This document shows, one piece after another, positions 14,937 to 27,400 of a DNA stretch of 64,000 nucleotides. The position numbers were made by a program, and so were the translations under genes. Source of the stretch: Monocercomonoides exilis PA203 (Eukaryota > Protista > Preaxostyla). Location of the stretch: NCBI GenBank assembly GCA_001643675.2, contig LSRY02000050.1:594553-658552 (forward strand), read 5' to 3'. The notes under the pieces are model-generated. The model saw only the letters and a program-made list of their open reading frames with translations. It was not told the origin of the DNA and searched no databases. How positions within the stretch are numbered: the stretch's first letter is position 1; each line of letters opens with the position of its first letter.

Positions 14937-17900
14937 TCTGCTTGTTTCAAAAAATCTTCAAAAATAGGGGCAAAGTCTTGTTAATAACAAAATAAAACAC
15001 AAATACAAACAACATTGATTATCTCGCAAAATAAAAAAGATTGCAATACAAACAGTTAAATTTTTGTTATATAAAAAAGCGTTAAAGATATTGCGAAGAA
15101 GCCTCAAGGATTGGCTGTATAAGGCCAGAAATGGAAAATTTTTGTTTCTTTTTGATCAAAACCAACAATTTATTTGAAGAATATTGTTTTTTGAAAAATT
15201 AATTAACTCTTTGACTCACATATTTCTGTCCAACGGAATTAATAGCAAATACTTGAATGACGAGGAAAAGAAATCTAGCAGATTGAATGAGCGAACGGAA
15301 GATGTTTTTGTTGTTTTTTTGTGAAGAAGAATGAGTCTGAAAACCAAAAATAGATGGTTGTTGAAGGTTTGACATATTTTGTGAATTGCTGCATTTTGAG
15401 CTCATTTGTCAATGGATCATTGGGTTGCGAAAGATGAAAAGAAATGAAATTCAGAAAATCATCACAAATCGTCTGAACAAAAGAAAAGAAAAGAAAAGTT
15501 CTAGAATATGGAGAACATTCTTCTTGAGTGGCAGAAGATCAAGGTCCAATGCTTCAAATGCAAAATAATCTTGTGTCATGAAGATAAAGAAGAAGACTAG
15601 CTTTAACGGAAATGATGGAGATTTTCAAGTTTGGTGAGAGTGAAACATCAATTGAAATATTTTCATATTTTCTGATATAATAAAAAGATTTGAACATTTA
15701 AGGCCATTTTATTTACGATTGAACTGAGATTTGGAGAAGGCGGAGGAATACGACTTTTCCATGAGATACACTCCAACAAGGTTATTCCTCAACAAATGAA
15801 ATGGAGAATGGGGTTTTTGGAGGAAAGAAAGTTGTCCAATCAAATATCAGTTGCATTAGGATGAAGAGAGACAACAATTTTGAACAATACTCAGGCAATT
15901 CTTTTGTGTTGCTGCAATCTGCCATTGGAAAGTGTGAATATTCTCCATTCATCTTCAACGTTGTCTGTCAAACATTGAGGAATTTGAAAAAAATAAATTC
16001 ATCCGCTCAAATTTCAACTCAATCCCTCTTCTTTCTGGATTGATGCCGATTCAAATAGGAGATTTCATTATCATTCAGAATCAACGCATATTCAACGAAA
16101 TTCACCACTTGGCATTCCGTCAATCACATCTGATTCTTCTGAAGTGTCGGTTTTGCTGAAAAAAAACTCTATCCAAAATTGAGTTTCTCTTCCTCAACAT
16201 GGCTGATCTTGCTCTTGTGTTTTTTGTGCATGCAGTGAATGTTTGTTTTTCAATTTCCCATCCATCAATCATCCATTTTTTTATTCATCTGAGAAGAATG
16301 CAAACGCAACTTCTTTTTCTTTTTTCATCTAAAGTTGCACACGAATTAAACATTGAGAGGCCATTGAAAAGAATAGAGCAATGATCAAAAGAGGAAGTTC
16401 CCCTGATGAAGATATTTGATGAAAAGGCTGAAGAAAAGAAGATAGTGAAACAGAGAGAAGAAAATGAAGAAGATGTTTCTTTCCAGATGATTTTCAGCCA
16501 CAACAGTCTCAGTCAGGTTATCGAGAAAGTTGACGAGCTTTTTGTTTTTTTCATGATTTCTGTGAAAGGGAGATATTGAATGGAAGAACAACATTGAAAA
16601 CAACCTTCTCAAAGGAAGTTGAGCGGAATGATTGAAGTGTGTTGTTTTTATTATGCTGAGGAAGACTGAAAAATATTGTTGAGATAATTTTAGGGAGAGA
16701 AAGATGGGGAAGATGATGATGCTGTTCATGACAAAGTTTTCGACGATGATGAGGAAGATGGATGGACTTCATCCAAAAAGAAAGGATTGTTAGTGGAGCA
16801 GGGGAATTCTGGTTGTTGCACACAATAAATTGAAATTCACTGTTTGAGAAAGAGACGGAAGCGAAGATGGTGCAGAAGAGAAGGGAGAAGATCACTCTTT
16901 CTATTTGATTGGATTCAACAGACAAAACAAATATTCTGAAATGGTTTCTGATGAAGAAGAAAAAACGGAAGAGCGAAAGAAATCGCGATTTTTGACTGAC
17001 GCTTTCTTTTTTCAGTCCATGTGTGTCTGTACCTTGAACATCATCGTGAAAGCACTATCTGTCTGAAAAATCATTATTTATTCAACTTACATTCAAAAAA
17101 AGAGTTAAAAGAATGTCAAATCAGACATCATTCAATTCTGTCTTTTTTTTTGCGCTTTTATGCAACTTAAGGAATTCAAGAGTTCACTGAACAAAACTGT
17201 TTTGAAGATACGAAAACAACAACAATAAACGTAAATGTTGCGCTCATTCAGAAGGAAATCAAAGCATTTTCATCAACATAAATGCAAATTGATACAGAAC
17301 AGCTGGCTAAAATAGATTCGTAATTATCTGCTTCTTTATCCATTGGGAGTTGTCAAAAATCATTGTTTGTTGTTTGGCTTCATTTCCTTTGAACCTCTTG
17401 TTAGCTTCTCAAATGACAAAAAGAAATAGAAGGAGAGGATGAAAAACATCTTCCACGGAAAAAAGTTTCATTTCCATTTGAATGAAAAGTCAATCACACG
17501 TTGAAATCCAATTTATTCGTATCAGTCACATGAAGATGATGAAAATGAATAGGACGGATGAGAACAATTTGTTTTCTAAAAAAATGAGATGATGGAAAGG
17601 AAGAACAAAATAGAATGAAAAAGTTGATGCTTGTCAGTGTTAAGTATTTTTTATGGAAATAATAAACGATATCCTTTTTGCTTTGGAATTTGAGAGTTAT
17701 TCCTGATGAAACAATCTGTTGGGATTCCCCAAAGAGTTTCATTTTTGCGAATTTCCTTATGAAGCAAAGTGTGTCATCATCTTGAATAAAAAATACTCTT
17801 CAATGGAAAAACTTTTTTATACAAGTGTATAAAATTCTGATAATTGATCAATCAATAATTTTGAAGATATTCTTTGCTTTTCTTTGCATTATTAATCAAC

Positions 17901-18039
17901 TCAAAATAAATAAATAAATAAATAAATAAACTTCGCTTTATTTTCCTTAATAAAAAAAAAATAATTAAATTAATAATTAAAAAATCAAAAACAATATTTT
18001 CTAAATTCATTAATTTTCTTAAACATTTATTAAATTTTT

Positions 18040-19240
18040 TATTTATTTATTATTATTCTTCCTTTTATTTTCACTTCTTCATTTCTTCGAGGCAGAACGG
18101 GAAGGCCGCAAATAACCAGATGGAGCATAACCAGCAGCGATCGAAGAAGAAGGCGAATTGGATGGGCGAAAAGGGGCAGAAAGAGGACAAGAAGAAGAAG
18201 AAGAGGAAGAGGAAGAGGAAGAGGAAGAATTGCTAACATGGCGATGTTGAGAGGAAGAAGAGGAAGGAGAAACAGAAGAAGAAATTAAATTAGAAGTTGA
18301 AGAAGAAGAAGAAGAAGAAGAAGTTTGAGAAGAAGAAGAAGAAGAAGAAGAAGAAGAAGAAGAAGAAGAAAAAAGAGAAGAGGAAGAAAATTCATCATTT
18401 CCAAAAGTCGAACAGTTGAATGCTTTGTAAGTTGAAAAAGCAATCAACAAAAAAACTGAAAAAGTTGAACAACAGAAAGTTGGCTCTAGTTCCTGAAGGC
18501 GAATCAAGGACGGTAGAGTCGCATTGGTGTGTGATTGAAAATTAGAGGCACTTCTCTCCGGTTTAGATTTCATAAGCCAACAAATCCAATTGAAAAAAAA
18601 GGGAATAGTGGAAAACAGATGAACACAGATGTTTGCTATTTGAATCACAAAAATAGCAAAGTCGTTCCGTGTTGCAGTTCGAGAATAAAATGGCTATTCA
18701 AACAACAAAATTCTCAAATAAGAAGAAGCTGCTCTTCTTCACAGCCAAGCATTAAATATCATCAATGAAGAGATCGAAGGAGAAGGAAAAGGAGAAGAAA
18801 ATGTGTTTTCTTCAAAAATACAACTTTAAATGGATTGTTCCTGAAAATGATGCACAACATGAAAAAAAAGCTGTTCATTGGAATGGAAATAAAAAATGTA
18901 TGAAATTAAAATAATTAGTTTTGCATTTATTTTGAAAATTCCTCAAAAGAACACACCTGTCCTTTCTATCGCAAATGCAGAGGATTGTTCAACCACTGAT
19001 GCTGTCAATCTCCTTTTCCATTGTTTCTCAGTGCTTCTTTCTCGGTCTTCCTTTATTCCCACACAAACATTCTGCTTTTGATGTAATCATCCACTTTTTT
19101 TCTGAAAAAAAATTTTTTTGCATTTATTCTTTCCAAGTGCTGTAAAATTGTTGACGTTCCTTTTCGCTCTCAACTAAATGCTTTTCAATCGAATTTGTTT
19201 TTCATCCCCTGCTCCAATTGAATTCAAAAAAATATGCAAT
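18040..19240 (-). pseudogene. Degenerate fragment of a Ser-rich gene family, paralogous to about 43450-47600
   Basis: 18692-19043 aligns by eye with 47132-47484; only short broken ORFs; boundaries approximate. Confidence 0.5.
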
Positions 19241-19772
19241 TCCCATCTGATGACTGTATCTCGACATTCAGCACTTTTCTGATGCTCTCCTCAGAAAAAC
19301 AAAGGAATTGGCCATTTTTTTATTTTATCAGATTCTTGCACTCTGAAAAGATGATTTATAAAAGAATCTTCAAAACAAACAAGAACAATAAAAAACGCAT
19401 ACACGCAAATATTTCGATTTTTAAAAAACAGTTGAATTTCCTTTAAAGATGCTTTTCACAAAAATCGTCTCCCTCAATTCCATCATCAATTCCCCTCTTT
19501 CGCTGTCTCGTGCAACCTCTCAAAATAATATCGTCCATTCCGCAGAAAATATTTGCTAACCGTCTCTCATTTCAACAAGGAATATTTTTGTTCTTTCAAA
19601 TCAAATGATCTGAATGTCCATTACTGCAAACACAAAAAAAGATTTATCGTTTTTTCTTTGTTTGTTTGTTTGAAAAGACTTGTCAAATAACATTAACAAC
19701 ACAGAATGGTATAACAACTTATGCTTTCATGATTATTTTGAGTTTTTGTTTTGCGCCGATTTCTTCTTACCA

Positions 19773-21251
19773 ATGATATCTGAATTCAAATCAAATGACG
19801 AATTTTCGTTGTTTTCTGTCTGCGATGCATTTTCAAAAATGCAGTCAACGAGTGCACCTGAAAGGTTTAATGGTTTGTGCTTGTTATTGCATTAAAATTC
19901 ATGATTATTGTGATTTAATTAATTCTTTATTTATTTGAAGAATTGTTGTGTGAACTTGAACATTGCAATGAAGATGAGCAGAGAAAGAAAATCGGAGAAA
20001 TGAATGAAATAGTTGATAGAATGCGTGAAGACGAACATAAATCTGTTTTCAGCACAGAATTGTATGATAAAATATACAAAATGATTGAAGAAAAGAAAAT
20101 GACAATGGAAAATGCAATTTTGCTGCTGAAGCATGTAGGATATTGCGATGTGCTGAAAAATTTTTGGAATCCATTCGTTGAAAAATCTTCATTGAGCAGA
20201 AGATTTGAAAAGATGATTTTTGAAGAGGAAAAGAAAGAAAAAAAGAATGAAAATTTTCTGGTCGATCTTTGTGAATGCCATCTTTTTCTTAAAAACGGAT
20301 CATCTTATGAATTACTTTCAATTTGTGTGCCTTGCCTTCTGAAAGCTGCCTCAAAGAAAGAGGAAAGCGAGGAGACTCAAAAAGAAGTGGAAATAGCATT
20401 GCTGGCTTTGTGTGAAATAGGATTTTTTGTATGGGCACTTCTTTTTCATTTTTATTATGTTTGCTTTTTTTCCCCTTTATTTTTGATAGAATCTGAAACA
20501 AGAACAATATTTGAAGGATATTACAGAAATCATCAAACATCAGCAGAAACACAGAAATCTCACAAAAATTGCTTATCAATCTGTTTGGGACTTTTTCATT
20601 CACCGATTTTGGTTTGACAATAGCTTGGAAGAAGTTATTGTGAATAAGATGCATTTTGGAAGAGAAGCAGCAAGAGAACTGGAAGAGCTAACAAGAAATG
20701 TGAATTGGAAGAGAAAAGAAGTGGAACCAGGAAAAGAAACGAGAGAAGTGTTTATTTTGATGAGATGGCTGCAAACATTCTCGATTTATTTTCAAAGTTG
20801 TCGATTGAAGAATGAAGAAAATGTTGAGCTGCTCAAAAACATTGTTCAGGTGTATCGAGCAGCAAAAGGGAATAATGGAGTAATTTGCAATCTCTGCATT
20901 TCCTCCTTGAGAATTGCGGTGCAAAGAAGAGTTGTGAAAGTTGAAGACTTGTTGAATGGAGGAGCTGTTGATACTGTTTTGGAGGAGATGCAGCGACCGA
21001 AGTTGAATGACAACATGGCGTATGAATGCTTTCAATTCCTTGTGAATGTTTCATATCGATTAAAAGGAAAGGAGAAAAGTGAAAATGATGAAATGAAAAG
21101 AAAGGCAATCAAAATGGAGATTTTTGAAAAGATGGAGGAAGAAGGATACGAAGATACCATCACCACCTTTCATAAAATATTTGAATTTCTCAATAAAAAA
21201 TATTTTAATGAGTTACCTTTTAATATTTCTGATTATTTTGTTTATGTTTGA
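19773..21251 (+). CDS. Uncharacterised helical multigene-family protein, copy B (3 exons)
   Basis: Exons 19773-19872, 19941-20428 and 20490-21251 join in phase with GT-AG introns; paralogue of copy A. Confidence 0.8.
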
Positions 21252-22297
21252 AGAAATACATTGTATTTTGTTACTCTTTATTTTCAGTTTTCTCATTTTT
21301 CATTCATTTCACAAAACAGAACAAAAATTTATTTTCATATGTTTGCTTAAAGTGATTTGTCATCCAGATTCATCAAAATGAAGTGAAGAAATAACAACAA
21401 AAAAAAGATTCAATTTTTGTTTTTCCAAATGAAAATAATAATAATAATTAAAAATCATGAATATCTCCATTTTCTTCTTTCTTTCACCAAAGTTCTTCCC
21501 AAAATGAGTTGATAAACATTTTTTATTTCAAATTCTTTATTCATTCTTTTGATTGTTTTGAGAAAAACAACCTCTTTTCAGCTCATTGGCAAAAAGAAAA
21601 TTGTGTTTTCTCAATGCTTCCTTTGCTTTCAGGGAATATCAGAAACCCTCAGTGAATGTTGAAAAGGCAACAAAAACAGCAAACAACGATGTTGATGCTG
21701 TTTCAAGTGAAGAGAAACATTCAACCCAAACGCTTTCCTCTGCCTGTTTATTCATTCTTCATCATTTCCATTTCCAAAAGCTATTACTATCCGTTTGCAG
21801 CATCTGAAGGAAACAAAAATGTTTAATTTGAAAATCGGAGAAGAGGAAGATATTCTGATGGGAGTTTTGATGCATCCCTTGAAGATTGAAAGAGAAAGAG
21901 AGAAGAATAAAAAAAATCAATATCGAATTGTTCATTTGAGTTGATGGACTTTTTGTGAAGAATTTCAAGTTTGAAATGCTTCTTGAATTGGAAGAAGAAG
22001 AAGAAGAAAACAAAAATAATGGAATTAAAGTTGAGAATTCTGAAGAAGAAGATGATAAAGAATTTGAAATAGAAGAAGGTGAAGAGGAAGAAAAGAAGGA
22101 AGAGGAAGAAGAGGAAGAAAAAGATGAAGGAGAAGAAAAGTATAAATGACTTTTACGCTTTGATGAACTTTTTTGTTGGGGTGATAAGTCTAAATCTGGA
22201 AAAGGCTTTTCGAATTTTTTGTCAGCTATGATTATTTATCTGTTGTTCTTCATTTCTTTTGTTGAATATGGTTTTTTCTCTATTATTTTTTGAGGAA

Positions 22298-22576
22298 CTA
22301 TACATCTCGACGAAGCCCAAGACTGAATAATGAAACATCATGCTCTCTGTTTGGAACAGCATAAGTTACAAAAAGTGCTTCGAACGGAGTCCAAGAAGAA
22401 GCAGCAACTTTTATTTTTGTACAATAAGTAGAATGTTGGCCGTCATATAGATTTTTTGCATCTATCATTTTAATGAGTGAAGTTGGTACCTTAATCGTTG
22501 TTGCGTCAACAAGCAACTCAATGTGTGGAAATTCTTCAGTTGTGATTGATGGAGGGAGAGGAGGATATGAATTCAT
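22298..22576 (-). mobile_element. Fragment resembling a PIF/Harbinger-ISL2EU (IS5-like DDE) transposase
   Basis: LLVDATTIKVP...YDGQHSTYCTKIKVA...FVTYAVPNREHD follows the D(G/A)T-x-I...Y-x-G...K...HD pattern covering the first two catalytic Asp residues; truncated, no TIRs seen. Confidence 0.45.
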
Positions 22577-24412
22577 ATTGATAAGTTCATCAAGTTAATG
22601 AATATGAACTTCAATTGTGCTGTTGGACACCACGGATTGCGAAAGTCAAAGAAAAAAAAGATTTTTCCTCAGTGGTGTTGTCTGGAAACCAAAAAAAAAA
22701 AAATAAATAAATAAATAAATAAATAAATAAATATCTCCAATTTATCAAGAACAGTGATTTTTTTTTTGTCTTTTTCTCGGATCAAATTGAAGAACAGATG
22801 ATATTTGATTCCCTAATACAACAAGACTTTCAGGTGATAATTGTTAGAAATTTTTTTTCTTGATTTTGGATAAACATTTCAAAAATAAATCCGAATGTGT
22901 CGGAATCACTTTCACTGCTTTCCTCTAATTCGAAACATTTTTCAATATTTTTTGTGTCTGTTTTCTTTTTTGATGAAAAATATCATGATCCGGTAGTGTA
23001 TCTGTTATTAAACAATGACCTTGTCACACATTTTGTTGGTTCTGGACGATTGAGATTTTTTTGTTAAACAATAACGATTCTGAGCGATGAAAAAAAGAAG
23101 ATTTCGAAGTGAAAACGCATTCTTCCGATGGTTCAGAAATAATTTCTTGTTGACAAATGATATTGAAAGAAGATGAACAAAATAGTTAAGCAACTTTCAA
23201 AGAACTCTTGTTTTCGATTATCAAATGATTTGATGATTGATCAAGAGTAACACTTGAAAGCGAGTGAAGAGATTCCATTGATGAATTGAGGAAGGAAGAA
23301 CTGCAATGTTGTTTCATGGAAACTTTTTTTATTGCATTTCTGTGAGAATGTCATATAGAAAAGTGAATTTTTTTACCAAGCAATTATTGTTATTAAACTC
23401 TTTTTAATCCATTTCTTGGAAAGGGAATCATTAATAAACAAGTGCACTATACCAAAAGTGAAAAGTGTGCATGATAAAACTTGTGTTTGCGTCAAAATAT
23501 GGGTAATTCTTTTTGAAAAGTCGCTACAGATCAAAATATTGTCCCATCGCAGTAAATATAAATACACTCCGTGACCATTATTCAACATTTGTTTTTCATA
23601 TTTTAAATTTGTGTTTTTTTTATCATGAAAAACAAAAGGATGGAAAAAAAAACTGTTTTCAAAAATTTTTGAATATTGCTTTTTGATCAATTTTGTAAAT
23701 TTGATTTAATGGTGATATTACAATTTTTATTTGTCATTGCACTTGCTTCTTTGCAACACATTTGTGGTGTAATCGATTTCAAGAGTTTATGAATTGAAAA
23801 ATCAGTTTGATTTATCAAATACTAAATTTTATAGTTGTTGTGTTTATCTACTTTTAGAGAAAAGCGATTACGTTGGGTACGGACGAATCAAGTTTTTATT
23901 TCAAATGGACTATTCTGCATTTTCTGTTTCATGTGTGAAAGAGGATTTGTTCAAATTTTAATTCAAAATTACATCTGCGGAACATTGTTTAATTACTGCT
24001 TTTTTCCATTACAATGCATGCTTAAAAGGCAGACATGACGCTGTTCTCCAAAATTCTTCAGCTTATAACAAGTGATTCCACATGCTATTTAACAAGGAAA
24101 ACATCAAAAGGAGAAAGTGCAAAATATAACTCAGTTGATATGAGTGAACAGCTTAATTTCAAATGAGGAAGAATTAGATTCGTTTCATTGGTTCAAACAC
24201 AACCAAATGAAAATGATTCATTCACTTCCTCTACAACATCCACACAACACCAGATGACAATCCACCAACACCTTTGATTCCATCTGACAAATTAATTCTT
24301 CACACATTTTCATATGGCGAATATTTCGATCCGAAGTATCACAGATCATTAGCTCCTGATTACGTCTTTTTGGTGTTGAGAAAAGGAGAAAAAGGTACAG
24401 AAAGATATTTGT

Positions 24413-27400
24413 TTGTTCATACTCCAACTTCGCATTCTTTTTAGAACGAACAAACAAGAAGCGACATCATTCGTAGAGAAGAGACAACTGATAACGAGAA
24501 AATTGAGCACAGTGAGAACACAACAGCATAAGATTCTTCTTTCTATAAAGCAACAGGAAATGAAAGAAATGAAGGAAATTCATCAAACGAAAACAAAGTG
24601 AAAGAAGGAAGTGCCTTGATTGCAGCTGTTCAGAGAGAAGTTGAACAGAAAGGAGAGAGAAGCAACTCTTATACTCAGATTGACATCGCTTGCATTGAAA
24701 TAGGCAGCATACCAAAGGTGACAAAACACATTCTATCAACACTCACTTCTTATGTGATGATGTTTACAGACATTTCTAATATTGTCATTTTTTTGGAGAT
24801 TTAGAACAACACAAGGCAACTGATCACAACAAATTTCACAGAGATTTGTACTTATCTAAATTCAGATTCAGATTCATATTCATATTCAGATACAGCAACG
24901 TCACAAACAACGATGACTGCCACAGTATCATCGAATTCTGCATCCCCTTCAACACCTTCTGCTTCACCACAATCTTCAATAGCAGACTTGTCGTTCAGCA
25001 TTCTGCAAGAAATATTCTCGTCAGCTGCAGATGTTGAGCATTTCTTCCTGTTTAGCTACTCCTTTTCCTCCTCTTTCAAAGAAATGCCTCTTCTTTTCAA
25101 TGGTTCAAATGATCAATTTACTCATTTCCTGCTATTTGAGTCAAGAAAAACAATGCATCGAATTATGCAGCAGCAGACAGAACTGCTTGTTATGAGAAAA
25201 GAGGAAATACTGAATGAGATGCAGACGCTGAATGAATGGCTCAGATTAGTTGATTTGAGTGAAGTCCTCCGCATTCGCTTGACAAAAGAGGAGGAAGAAT
25301 TGGAAAGAGCCATTCCACCAAATGTAATTGTTACAGGTTTCGCCAAAGCAAAGTTTGCCCAACTGCAATTCTTGTTTGAACTTAATTCTGCTGACAAATG
25401 GAGATGAACAGATTGTCCCAAAAATGTAATTCAGAAACTGATAAAGCTGATTTGCTTGCTTCATTTCCAGCTTTTCTTGGTACGCAAAAGTATCGTCATT
25501 GTTATGGATGTTCTTGTGAACATTTCAACAGACAACTTGGGTGTGTCTATGCTAAAGATATCTGAATTCTCAGAAATGGCAGGTGCTCAGATGATTGCAC
25601 AAGGCGGGAACTACGAATGGCTCTGCGAAATATTCTCAGAGCGGGAAAAAGCGAAGACAGAAATCAAAACAAGGAGGAGCACTTTGCAGACGAATAGAAA
25701 CGATGAAGGAAAAGGCACTGCCAATGAGTCAGACGAAGCACCACAAAATGAGAAAGCCACATCTTCTGATGGAAAAAGTGTGCATTCAGGAAAAGTGACA
25801 GAATCACAATACAAGGCAAACATTGCGTTGCGGTTTATGGAACTAGAACATAATGAGAAGGATGCATTTTGATACAGAAAGAAAAGATTGCGGCAGTTTC
25901 CAGGTGCTGATTCTTGCTCACTCAAAGTTATTTTCTCACCTTCCGTAATTGACATATTTGACTATCCAATTGATGCATTCGCGTGCGAGATATCGTCATC
26001 AATGCTCATAGAACAAGAAAAAAGAGCATCATATTTTGAGGCTACTCTCATTTTGATAGAGTCAATCATCACTTTCATCTATATCATGAGGAGCATGAGA
26101 GTGAATATTGAAGGACTCCCAAATGACCAAACAGAAGACGAAGAAAATAACAACCAACAAGATGGAAACGAAGAAGTCGACAGGCATTATCATAAAGATG
26201 AATCGAGAGAAGAAGGAGTTGGAGTTGGAGTTGGAGAAGGAGGAGAAGGATCATTTGAAGAGGGAGCTATTGAAGACGAAATAGAAGAAGAAAGGCAAGA
26301 AGGAAGAGAAAGAGACGGAGAAGGAGAGCGAGCCAAAAAGAGAAAAAAGGAAGGCATTGGAAATGAAGATGGAGACAAAATTGAAATAAAGCCTCAACAA
26401 CAACCACACAAAGAAGTTGAATGCAAAGAAACAAAAAATGCAACTTGTTTTGAAGGCACTACTGTTCTGCGGACGAGCGATCTTAACGAGTTTATTACAC
26501 AGCATACACACTATCGACCAGAAAACTTTGCAGAGAAGAATTCTTCAGTTGCGGTCGAAGCGTTTCAAACTCTTTCAGAGATACAACACAAGTCGTCAGA
26601 AAATAAGAAAGCCGAAGAAAGTCAACAAGAAGACAACGAAAATGCTTTGACATTTTTCAATGAAGCAGAAAGAATGAGATTAAATAGCTGAATAGCAACT
26701 GTGGAAGAGAATGTTTGATTGTTGAGCCTGTTGTTGGGAATACAGAAGCTGAAGTGATGAAATACACAAGCGAGTGGGATCAACGTCATTCAGAAAGAGA
26801 AAAAGAAAGAGAAAGGAAAAGAAAGAGAACGGGATATGATTTGGGTTCATCTTTGGCATTTCAAACAAACTATACAAGCCATCTTGACAGCATAACGTAG
26901 AGAGAAAGAAGATGGATGATGTGGGAAGGAAAGGTGCTTCAAGTTGTTTGCCGCAAAGTTGATGAGCCTCCAGTGTCAACAATACGTGAAACTAACATGA
27001 AAAGATTACAGGAATACTTGATTAAAAAGAGAAAGAAAGAAAATGAACAAAAGTTGACGAATATTAAAAATTAACTTTCGAGCAAGTTTTTTGGTTCACA
27101 AAAGAAGCCATACAAAGATGAGGAAGTGAAATCCACCAGCAGATTTACACTTGCAAACGAAGAGGTTTCAGAATTGTGTGCGAATAATAACGGGGAGATT
27201 CCAACAAAAGAATGCATTCAAGAGCTTACAAAAATAAGTGCAATACATCCCACTGTTCAGAATCAGAGCGGAGGTTACTATGAAATCCACAGATTCACTC
27301 GCTTACCTGATTCTTCACCTTCTGGATATATCTGTGATTTTATCATTCCTATTCTTACGGCTGGCCCTCGCTCCACATTCTGTTATGCGCTTTTTACTCT

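Noticed and set aside
15100-17750. Possible decayed coding or retroelement sequence
   Set aside because: Only short ORFs with no recognisable motif; cannot be assigned without a search
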